Source of the DNA: Candidatus Dormiibacterota bacterium
Lineage (GTDB): Bacteria; Chloroflexota; Limnocylindria; Limnocylindrales; CSP1-4
Direction of reading: 5' to 3'
Length of the DNA: 64,000 nt
NCBI GenBank assembly: GCA_035631615.1
Contig: DASQIK010000066.1
Coordinates: 15,852-79,851, forward strand
Shown: positions 28,179 through 35,736 of the stretch, one piece after another
Layout: each line of letters opens with the position of its first letter
Numbering within the stretch: position 1 is the stretch's first letter
Position numbers and translations under genes: made by a program
The notes under the pieces: model-generated
Database searches by the model: none
The model's input: only the letters and a program-made list of their open reading frames with translations
Told to the model about the DNA's origin: nothing

Positions 28179-29639
28179 CTACCGATTCATGGCCTCGCGG
28201 AACGGCTCGTGCAGGAAATCTCTCAGCGGTATCGGCTTGTCCAGGGCTCTGGGAATTCCGAGCTCGATGGCGCGCCGTCGGATCAACGTTCGCCACTCGC
28301 GACGTCGCCGTGGGTCGACCATCGCTTCGTCGACGTCCAGATCAGGATCACGGTCGAACCGCCAAGGTCCCGACCCGCCCGCTTCGAGGAGCAGACGGGC
28401 GAGGATCGCCCGTCTGAGAAGATCGCGCCACCGATCGAACAGGACGGCCACGCGGTCGTCGACCATGACCTGATCGAGTCCTCGCGCGGCGAAGAGATCC
28501 TCCCAGCGCTTCGGTGGGATGACCTCGCCGTGGGCGACCTTCCCGCGAATCTTGAGCAGCTCACCGACGTCCTCGAAGATCGCCGAGGGCGGGTCGCCGG
28601 CGCGCGCGAGGAGCTGAGCCGCTCGAGTCTTGATTCTGAGCGTGATCTCCTCGCGCTCACCGGTCGAGAGCGCGGCCTCGAGGCCGATGGCGATGTCGAT
28701 GACGACGTCCGCCCAGGCAGCGGTCCGGTGCGATCGGTTGAACCGGCTCAGGGCGACGATGATCGCGGGCGGGATCTTCACCTTCGAGCGATCGTCGAGC
28801 TCGCAGATGCGCGTTGCGATCGCATCGATCCCGGCGAGTTCCTCAGCATTGACGACACCTACGCGGAGCCAGGATGTAGCCTGCTCGGGATCCACGGCAA
28901 CTGCGTTCGGCCCGCCGGTGTGGACCATCTTCGGCTGTCCATAAACCTCGAAGGGCTCGACGATCGACCCCGCCGTAACAAGGCGGAGCGCCGTCGAACC
29001 GTGCGCGAGGTGTGGCCGAACATCGAACGCGACGATCCAGCCATCGCGGCCCGATCCCTCGGCGACGAGGAACGCACTCGGCTCCGTCGAACCCCAGCTC
29101 ACGTGCGCGTCGTCGCTCGCGCTGGCGCCCTCAGGGATCTCCGGTGAGATCGTCTCCCGGATGCCGTGGACGTGGCGGATCCGAGCGTCGTGGAGCTCCT
29201 GACCGTCGACCGCACTCGCGTCCAAGTCAAGGAGGAGGCGCATCACGCGAACCGGCTGCTCAGGGTGCTCGAGGTGGTCTAAGAGCTCGTCGACCTGCGG
29301 GCCCGGGCCCGACACCACCTCGCCGTACCGGAGTGTCTCGACCGTGGCGGCCGCAACGACACCACGAACGAGGGCCTCGACGTATTCCTCCGCGCGGCCG
29401 AACCCGAGCCTCCATCGGCCGGGGATGAGTTCGTTGAGTTCGTTTGCCAGGTCATCCTCTGCCGCCCCGCGGCCGCGCAGCCGCCAAAGCCGTCGGCGCT
29501 CGATCCAGGGGTTGTCGCGGCCAGGCGCGGGGATTAGGCCGGCGGCCTCGAGACGGGGCAGCTCGGCCTTCAGGTACCGGATCGCAGCGTCGCGGATTCG
29601 CTCACGAGTCACCGCATCGATCGGGAAGGATGTCGCCAC
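28179..29639 (-). CDS. HEPN-motif protein (ApeA/Abi-like architecture: unknown N-terminal domain plus C-terminal HEPN-like helical domain)
   Basis: 486 aa. The C-terminal third is helical, with ALSRFNRSH...IGLEAAL...LLKIRGKVAHGE containing R-x4-H (R365-H370, nt 28530-28547). First gene inside the distal att site. Confidence 0.6.
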   Translation of the reverse strand: MATSFPIDAVTRERIRDAAIRYLKAELPRLEAAGLIPAPGRDNPWIERRRLWRLRGRGAAEDDLANELNELIPGRWRLGFGRAEEYVEALVRGVVAAATVETLRYGEVVSGPGPQVDELLDHLEHPEQPVRVMRLLLDLDASAVDGQELHDARIRHVHGIRETISPEIPEGASASDDAHVSWGSTEPSAFLVAEGSGRDGWIVAFDVRPHLAHGSTALRLVTAGSIVEPFEVYGQPKMVHTGGPNAVAVDPEQATSWLRVGVVNAEELAGIDAIATRICELDDRSKVKIPPAIIVALSRFNRSHRTAAWADVVIDIAIGLEAALSTGEREEITLRIKTRAAQLLARAGDPPSAIFEDVGELLKIRGKVAHGEVIPPKRWEDLFAARGLDQVMVDDRVAVLFDRWRDLLRRAILARLLLEAGGSGPWRFDRDPDLDVDEAMVDPRRRREWRTLIRRRAIELGIPRALDKPIPLRDFLHEPFREAMNR

Positions 29640-30132
29640 CGAATCGCTCTAGATCAGGAGCGTCGCGCTTGGCATCTCGGTCAAGAGTAGAGCGCCTCCG
29701 TCCGCTGACTGCATGTCTCGCTAGGGTAGATTCCGGAACTCGACCGGTAGGAGGGATCCGTGGCGGCCTCGGTGTGCTCCTCAGCACGGTCAGCCTGCTC
29801 GAAGTGTGGCCATGACGACAGGCTCGAGCTCACCTTCGTGGTGTCGACATGACGACCACGGTCCCGGTCGAGGTCCGGCACTACCTCGACGTCGGCGCCT
29901 GGTCATCGCGCTCGCGCTCTTCGGCACGGCGCTCACCGCCCGCCGGCGCGTCATCGTGGTGCCGTACCGCCCGACGATCCAGGTGCCGGTCCCGTGATCG
30001 GGCGGTGATGACCCCGGGCGCGGTCACGCGAGCTGGTCGTTTCGCGCGAAACGAGATCGTCGTCGACCCGCGGCGCCGGGGCGGCTGGATGGTATCGGCG
30101 GCCGTTTATGTGGCGATCACTGGTGGGGCCGC

Positions 30133-30921
30133 ATGGATCCGCTGACGGCGCTGCTTGGCACGGTGGGCGTCGCCACAGTGGGTGTAGTCGCGACCCTCAT
30201 TCTGAAGAAGGCCGGGTTCGACGAGGTCGATATCGGGGTCAACCCGCCGCGATTCAAGATCTCCCGCAAGAAGCCTGAGCCGTCCCACGGCGGGTCGCCC
30301 CTACCGAGTGTCGAGCCGCCGGCGCCGACCGGCTCAGAGATCCAGCGTGAGCGAGACCAGCTGCGAGAGGCGATCTTCGCGTATAGCGAGGCCGCGCAGG
30401 CGCTCGAGGCCCTGCTCGGATGCAAGGCAGTTGAGCGCGACCGATACGCTCGGGAGTGGTTCGACAGCCTGTGCAACGGCCTCGAGACCGCACTTAGGAC
30501 CTCAACGGAGGAGCGCTATCGAGCGAGCGTCTGGGCCAGTCGCGCCGATCCCGAGAACTTCGATGCAGTCGGCCTTGGCAAGTTCGATCCTCACGACGTC
30601 CGCTACCAGAAGCTGAAACGGACGGGCACCATCGGCGGCGAGGCGTTCGCCGTCACGAGCGGCGAGAAATACTGCCCCGACATCCACGATCCGGACTGCA
30701 ATTGGGTGCCACGGAGCACGAAGAAATCGAAGTACCGAAGCCTGTTCGCGGTGGCGCTCGTCGACCTCGAAAACGAAACGCGACGCTGGGGCGTACTGAC
30801 GATCGATTGCAACATCAAGGACGGGTTCTCAAAACTCGACCAACAGGTCGCGCGTCATTTCGGCGAGCTAGCGTCGCTGGGCGAGCTGGTCTGGCGTCGC
30901 AAGGAAGCACCGCCGGTCTAA
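30133..30921 (+). CDS. membrane-anchored protein with C-terminal GAF-like domain
   Basis: 262 aa. N-terminal TM (LLGTVGVATVGVVATLIL), a helical linker, then a GAF-like pattern: RASVWASRADPENFDAVGLG...GTIGGEAF...YRSLFAVALVD...RWGVLTIDC...FSKLD. Domain call by eye. Confidence 0.6.
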   Translation: MDPLTALLGTVGVATVGVVATLILKKAGFDEVDIGVNPPRFKISRKKPEPSHGGSPLPSVEPPAPTGSEIQRERDQLREAIFAYSEAAQALEALLGCKAVERDRYAREWFDSLCNGLETALRTSTEERYRASVWASRADPENFDAVGLGKFDPHDVRYQKLKRTGTIGGEAFAVTSGEKYCPDIHDPDCNWVPRSTKKSKYRSLFAVALVDLENETRRWGVLTIDCNIKDGFSKLDQQVARHFGELASLGELVWRRKEAPPV

Positions 30922-31024
30922 CGTGCCCGCGAAACCGGCTAGGCGTTACGCCGGATACGGCGATATAGTCCAACCGGACGTCGATCACGGAACGACGATC
31001 CAGTCGGGGAGATTCGAGGAGGAC

Positions 31025-31204
31025 ATGCTGGAGCGAAATGGGTCCCACCGTCGGGGGGCGGAGGTGAACCCAACGGTCGGCAGTCCGCTTGGCAAGTTGA
31101 TCAAGCGGGAAATCGACAGTCGGGAATACGTCCGCCAGGTCAACGAGAAGAGGGAGCGCCACGGCCTCCCCCCGATCAGACCGCAGACCGCCGACGGGCA
31201 ATAG
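31025..31204 (+). CDS. small basic hypothetical protein (59 aa)
   Basis: ATG at 31025 is preceded by AGGAGG (GAGGAGGAC-ATG). Third-position GC is high. It is the in-frame tail of ORF 30923..31204. A hairpin plus CTTCTTC follows at about 31231-31262. Confidence 0.55.
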   Translation: MLERNGSHRRGAEVNPTVGSPLGKLIKREIDSREYVRQVNEKRERHGLPPIRPQTADGQ

Positions 31205-31263
31205 TTCACCCGCACCGCACTCATACGAAGGCCCCGCTAGGTCCCGCCAGGCGGGGCTTCTTC

Positions 31264-32562
31264 ATGCCCGGGAAAGCCCGAGGCCAGGCGGGTTCGTGCG
31301 CGTCCGCGGATCCAACTCGGGGGCCATCGGCGGCCGCCAGGTTGCCGACCGCGTGGCGGTGCGCGTTGCGGCTGCTCGTCGCGCCCGGGCACGTTCCGCG
31401 CGGAAACGAGATCGACCTCCCGCGGACCCGGAGCGATCCGAGGGTGGGCGAGGCGAGTCACGTACGGCTCACCGGGTGGGTCGGCTTCTCCACTATCGCG
31501 GTCGCCGCCGCTGGCCTGATCCTCGTCGCCGGACGGGGAATGGGCTTCTACAACGACGAGTGGTGGTTCATCCTCGGCCGCTCGATCTCGGACCCGGTGA
31601 CATGGTTCGCCGCGCACAACGAGCATTGGGTGACGCTCCACGTCATCGTCTACCTCGGCCTCCACCAGCTAGTCGGCGAGAGCTCGTATCTCCCGTACCT
31701 GGCCGCCCTCATGGCCGTCCACGTCTCGGCGGCTGCCGCGCTGTTCATCCTCGTCCGGCGGATCCGCGACGGCTGGGCGCCGCTTGCCGTCACGTCGATC
31801 TTCCTCGTCCTCGGATCGGGCTTCGAAAACCTGTTCTGGGGTTTCCAGATGGGGATGGTCGGCGGCCTCAGCCTCGGTCTGTGGGCACTCGTCGCCGTGC
31901 CACGGCGGCCGATCGTCGCGGCGGTGCTGCTGCTCGCGGGGGTCGCGACGTCGGGCTCCGTCCTTTTCGGGGTCGCGGCGGCGTGCGTGTACCTGCTGCT
32001 GACCCGTCCACGCTGGGCCGCGATCACGCTGCTGCCTGTTGCCGCCTATGGCGTGTGGTGGGTGGTCATCGGCGCTGCCACGGCACGCAACGAGCACCTC
32101 CCGTTCAATCTCGGCTGGACGCTTGGGTATCCCGGCAACGCGCTCGGTGCCTGGATGGGTGGTGTGACCGGCCTCGGCTTCGCGGGCGGCCTCGCAGTCC
32201 TGCTCGTCACGCCATACCTGCTGTATCGCTCGCGGCCCTTGAACCCGCTCGTCCTGGCGTCGATCGCGGCGATCACCGCCGAGGTCGCGGTGCTCACGTT
32301 GAGCCGGTCGGCGATCAACTCACCGTGGGCGCCCCGGTACGTCTACCTGTGCGCGCCGTGGGCGCTGATCGTCGCGTCGGCGATGCGGCTTCCGACGCTG
32401 GTCGCCCGCCCGGCGTTCGCTTGGGCATTGGCGGTCAACCTGCTGCTCGTCGTGTACTGGGGCCACCAGTGGCCGATCGAGCGAGGCAATCCGCCGGTTA
32501 CCTGCCAGCCCGCGGCAGTCGCGGGCGCCAGCGTGTGCGAGACGAATTTCGCCGCTCGCTAG
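31264..32562 (+). CDS. polytopic integral membrane protein (function unknown; island cargo)
   Basis: 432-aa ORF with about 10 hydrophobic segments and a C-terminal Cys pair (VTCQPAAVAGASVC). Start uncertain: ATG 31264, or a GTG near 31444. Confidence 0.65.
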   Translation: MPGKARGQAGSCASADPTRGPSAAARLPTAWRCALRLLVAPGHVPRGNEIDLPRTRSDPRVGEASHVRLTGWVGFSTIAVAAAGLILVAGRGMGFYNDEWWFILGRSISDPVTWFAAHNEHWVTLHVIVYLGLHQLVGESSYLPYLAALMAVHVSAAAALFILVRRIRDGWAPLAVTSIFLVLGSGFENLFWGFQMGMVGGLSLGLWALVAVPRRPIVAAVLLLAGVATSGSVLFGVAAACVYLLLTRPRWAAITLLPVAAYGVWWVVIGAATARNEHLPFNLGWTLGYPGNALGAWMGGVTGLGFAGGLAVLLVTPYLLYRSRPLNPLVLASIAAITAEVAVLTLSRSAINSPWAPRYVYLCAPWALIVASAMRLPTLVARPAFAWALAVNLLLVVYWGHQWPIERGNPPVTCQPAAVAGASVCETNFAAR

Positions 32563-32682
32563 ACCCCCGCGAGCGCGTCCAGGTACGCGGTCCCGAACTC
32601 GACGGTGGGCTCGATCGCGGAGCCCTCGCCCCATTCGTTGAACGTGCCGCCACCGCCCGCCGCCAGGAGGACGCGACGCACG

Positions 32683-33339
32683 TCAGGCGCCGGCCAACGA
32701 GGCCCAGAACTCGGGCGAGTACGACGTGGACGACAGAATGTTGAGCGCCCCGCCAGATGTCTGGACGGCCAATGCCTGGAAATACTGGCCGGCGGTCGGT
32801 TCCCATTCAGTCGAGCACGACAACCGCGTGACGTCGCCGTTGACTGCCCCTCGAACGTCCGACACGATCGCCACGCCATTGCACAGGATGTACAGGTAGC
32901 GGATGCCCGTGGCGTTCGACGCGAACTCGACGCTGGCACCGACGCGCCACAGGCCGCCCATGCCGGTCGGGATGGTGAGCCGGTCCGTGTTGGAGCTCGT
33001 GCTGTGGATCGAGTCGGAGTCGTAGCGGTTCGTGTTGAACGTGAGCATCGTTCCGAAGTCGCCGGAGTTCCGCGACAGGTTCGCGTTGTTGTAGGCGCGG
33101 GCGCCATGGAGCGGCGTGTAGCCCCACGACGGCACCGTGCCGTTGCTCACGTAGACCGTGCCGGCGGCTCCGGCCGCGATGTTGCCCCACGTCGCCCACG
33201 AGTTGCCGGCGTAGTTCGACTTGTAGAGCAGATTGTGCGTGGAGCACGAGTAGAGCGAGCCGTCCGGCACGGTGTTCGCGGCTGGTCGGTTCGCGTGGGT
33301 GTCGAGCCCGAGATGGATCCCGGCAACGGTGGCAGTCAT
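32683..33339 (-). CDS. tail-fibre / receptor-binding-like protein (C1q/TNF-like jelly-roll suspected)
   Basis: 218 aa, Asn/Ser/Thr/Gly-rich and beta-type. Segments FDSDSIHS..DRLTIPTGMGGLWRVGASVEF...IRYLYILCNGV resemble C1q-like fibre tips. GGGAGA sits 5 nt upstream of the ATG. Assignment tentative. Confidence 0.45.
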   Translation of the reverse strand: MTATVAGIHLGLDTHANRPAANTVPDGSLYSCSTHNLLYKSNYAGNSWATWGNIAAGAAGTVYVSNGTVPSWGYTPLHGARAYNNANLSRNSGDFGTMLTFNTNRYDSDSIHSTSSNTDRLTIPTGMGGLWRVGASVEFASNATGIRYLYILCNGVAIVSDVRGAVNGDVTRLSCSTEWEPTAGQYFQALAVQTSGGALNILSSTSYSPEFWASLAGA

Positions 33340-33348
33340 GGCGTCTCC

Positions 33349-33459
33349 CTAGTGATTGTCGGCGAGATCGATGCCCGTCGAGCCGGCGCGGGCTGGCGCG
33401 AGGTGGCCACGGATGACGCCCCGCGGCCGGTCGACGGATGGTGCCCGGGTCCTGCTCAT
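33349..33459 (-). CDS. possible 36-aa ORF bridging the small ORF and the fibre-like gene
   Basis: Hand translation gives MSRTRAPSVDRPRGVIRGHLAPARAGSTGIDLADNH. ATGA overlap with the upstream stop, and its stop lies 9 nt before the next ATG. High GC3. Too short for the ORF track. Confidence 0.3.
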   Translation of the reverse strand: MSRTRAPSVDRPRGVIRGHLAPARAGSTGIDLADNH

Positions 33460-33698
33460 GCCGTGACTCCGCGAGCGCGATCGGCGCGGATCCGGAGCTC
33501 GGCGAGCTCATTGCACTCGACCGGTGTCAGCGCGAGACCCTCGCCGGCGGCGCGACGCTCGAGCGCCGTGTACCGGATCCCGACGTCGGATCCGGCCAGG
33601 GCGCCTCGTCGGCGCATGAGCAGGCTCGAGGCGCGCTGGCCGTCGGCGGCCGCCGCGGCTTGGGCGGGCGGGGTTGGGCGGATCCGACGTCGAGCCAT
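33456..33698 (-). CDS. small hypothetical protein (80 aa)
   Basis: Tail of ORF 33456..33953 from the ATG at 33696-33698, 2 nt after the TerS stop. High GC3. No recognisable motif. Confidence 0.45.
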   Translation of the reverse strand: MARRRIRPTPPAQAAAAADGQRASSLLMRRRGALAGSDVGIRYTALERRAAGEGLALTPVECNELAELRIRADRARGVTA

Positions 33699-33700
33699 GC

Positions 33701-34084
33701 CTACCTCCGCCTCGGGCCGTACCAGCGGGCCTGGGCGCCGCGACGAGCGAACCTGGTCGCTGCGGCCGAGGCATCGTCCGGATCCTCGTCCGGCAGCTGG
33801 AGCCTGCCGATGAGCCGGCCGAGGAGCTCGCGCTGCTGCCGTTGCTCGGCGAGCAGCGGGTGGGCAGTCAGCTGGCCCCGGCTGCCAGGGATGGCGAGCT
33901 CGGCGCCGGCGAGCGCGGTTGCGATGAAGTCGATCGAGTCGAGCGTGCGACACGCCTCGGCGAGCAGCTCGAGCTCGGGGACCGAGAAGTCGAAGTCGGC
34001 GACCAGGCGGCGCCAGAGCCGGCGACCACGAGCGCCGAGGCCGCGCGGGGCGGGGGTCAGACCGGCCACGGCATATTCATGCAT
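33701..34084 (-). CDS. phage terminase small subunit, P27-family-like
   Basis: ORF 33701..34111 trimmed to the ATG at 34082-34084. GRRLWRRLVADFDFSVPELELLAEACRTLD...GQLTAHPLLAEQRQQRELLGRLIGRLQLP matches the P27 TerS pattern as I recall it. Confidence 0.6.
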   Translation of the reverse strand: MHEYAVAGLTPAPRGLGARGRRLWRRLVADFDFSVPELELLAEACRTLDSIDFIATALAGAELAIPGSRGQLTAHPLLAEQRQQRELLGRLIGRLQLPDEDPDDASAAATRFARRGAQARWYGPRRR

Positions 34085-34207
34085 GCGGGAAAAACAGCCC
34101 GATCCGGGCACCGAGGTCGCACGCGGCTGCGACGCGGTCCTCGTTTGGCGGTCGATCGAAAGTTCTGGACCCCCCTACCCGGCAATTCATGCACGGGCAT
34201 GCACGAA

Positions 34208-34855
34208 TCATCGGAACTCGAGCCGAGGCCGACCGGCGCCGCTGAATCGGACGGCACCGCGCGGAGGCGCGAACGGGAACGTTGCCGGGAGGACGACCGG
34301 ACGACGGACTGGAGCCGCACGCGCCGGGGTTCGCGCTTTCGAGGCGGCGTTCCGGACCGCGTCCTGGAGCAGCTGACGCTCGCGCGACAGCTGCTCGAGC
34401 TCCCGGGCCCTAGCCCGCGAAGCCCGGAGCTGCTCCTCGCGCTCCATGTCCTCGATCCATCGTGGCCACGGCCCCGATTCCCCGACCATCCTCCGGGCAT
34501 ACGTCTCAGCGTCTCGTTCCGCAGCGAGACGCTGCATGGCAAACCTTCCGGTCGCTCGCTGCCAGACGTGACGAAGCTCGTGCGCGAGCGTGCTCCGGTC
34601 CGCGCGCGGATGGACGAGGTAGATGGCGCCGTCGGCCTCCCAGCCCAGAACCGGATCCTGGCGTGGATAGCGGCGCTGACCGATCGCCAGGCGAATGTCC
34701 GGCGCGAGCGACCGATCGGCCAGGTCGACGACCCATCGGACCGGTGGGATCGCGCGCAAGCCGAGATCGAGAGCGATCGCACGAATGATCCCGTCGACCA
34801 GGCGGTGCGAGGCAGCCGGGATGGCCCGATTGGCAAGGTCGGCGTACGTCGTCAT
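34208..34855 (-). CDS. hypothetical protein with HExxH metallopeptidase-like motif
   Basis: ORF 34208..35131 trimmed to the ATG at 34853-34855, an ATGA overlap with the upstream gene. Has LAHELRHVWQ (H-E-x-x-H) and a helical Arg/Glu-rich C-terminal half. Confidence 0.6.
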   Translation of the reverse strand: MTTYADLANRAIPAASHRLVDGIIRAIALDLGLRAIPPVRWVVDLADRSLAPDIRLAIGQRRYPRQDPVLGWEADGAIYLVHPRADRSTLAHELRHVWQRATGRFAMQRLAAERDAETYARRMVGESGPWPRWIEDMEREEQLRASRARARELEQLSRERQLLQDAVRNAASKARTPARAAPVRRPVVLPATFPFAPPRGAVRFSGAGRPRLEFR

Positions 34856-35646
34856 GGCCCGACCCACCCCTCTGAGGCCTCGATATCGGCGATGAATCGC
34901 TGTTGCGCAGTCGCTGGCTCGTCGAGCGGCACGAGGCGCCTCTGGCCGGTGGCCGTCGCCGTGGGCGCCGGGCTCGTGGGCCGCGGCTTCCCGTCTGGAT
35001 CCGCGATCCACTCCCCGGATGCGGTTTCGCGGTGCCAGCGCGCCAGGCGGCCCTCGTTCACGTCCCCTAGGGCCTGTTGCTGGCCGGGCAGCGCGAGCTC
35101 GTGCCAATTGGCCCGCGTCAGTCCACCGCACGATGGATGGCTCACGCCTCGAGGGCTGGTCTCGGGCGAGCCGCCAAACTGCTGCTCGGCGTGCGACCAG
35201 ATCGTGAAGATCTCGTCGGAGACCTTCGACGCCTCCATCAGGAGCTCGTCGAGGCGAGCGATCGCCGCGCGATAGGGAGCGTGAAGGGCGCGCCTGGCGA
35301 CCACCTTCGCCTCGTCCGTGATGATGGCGAGCGCGGCCTCGACCTTGCGTTGCTCGTCGGCCAGCGCGGCTGCTCGCGCCCTGGCCTCGGCGAGCTTGGC
35401 GTCTGCCGCGGCGACGGCCGCGCGCGCCTTGTCGAGCGCGGCTGCGTCCTTCCGGACGCCGGCGAGTAGATCGACCTCGATCGGCTCGACGGTCGCGGTC
35501 GCGTCGGCTAGGCGCGCTTCGGCTTCGCTGACGGCTGGGCCGACTCGTCGACGGTCGCGATCGAGCTCGTCACGCCTGCGTTCGAGCTCGGCGAGGCGCG
35601 GATCCGCGTGCCAGTCCGGGAGATCGATCTTTGTTCGGGTTGCCAT
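34852..35646 (-). CDS. hypothetical coiled-coil protein
   Basis: 264 aa. AAGGAG lies 9 nt upstream of the ATG at 35646. The N-terminal half is Ala/Glu/Arg-rich and helical, and the C-terminal half is of mixed composition. Confidence 0.65.
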   Translation of the reverse strand: MATRTKIDLPDWHADPRLAELERRRDELDRDRRRVGPAVSEAEARLADATATVEPIEVDLLAGVRKDAAALDKARAAVAAADAKLAEARARAAALADEQRKVEAALAIITDEAKVVARRALHAPYRAAIARLDELLMEASKVSDEIFTIWSHAEQQFGGSPETSPRGVSHPSCGGLTRANWHELALPGQQQALGDVNEGRLARWHRETASGEWIADPDGKPRPTSPAPTATATGQRRLVPLDEPATAQQRFIADIEASEGWVGP

Positions 35647-35665
35647 GGCGGTTGACTCCTTGTCT

Positions 35666-35674
35666 GGGGGGGGG
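35666..35674. repeat. G9/C9 homopolymer tract
   Basis: Nine consecutive G on the plus strand (C9 on the coding strand). It lies between the RepA-like stop (35737) and the RBS/ATG of the next gene (35646). Confidence 0.9.
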
Positions 35675-35736
35675 TTAGAGGGCTGGGCTCTTTGGCGATC
35701 GCTGCCTCCAGCGCGAGCGGGGCGAGCACGTCGTCG

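Noticed and set aside
29849-30145. 98-aa ORF as a single gene
   Set aside because: The codon-position GC signal supports only its first roughly 17 codons and perhaps its last roughly 46. The middle is better explained by another frame. It is reported as an open question instead.
34085-34110. Short hairpin plus T5 (GCCCGGATCGGGCTGTTTTT on the minus strand) just upstream of the TerS start as a terminator or attenuator
   Set aside because: A 5-bp stem with a 3-nt loop is too weak to call without transcript data.
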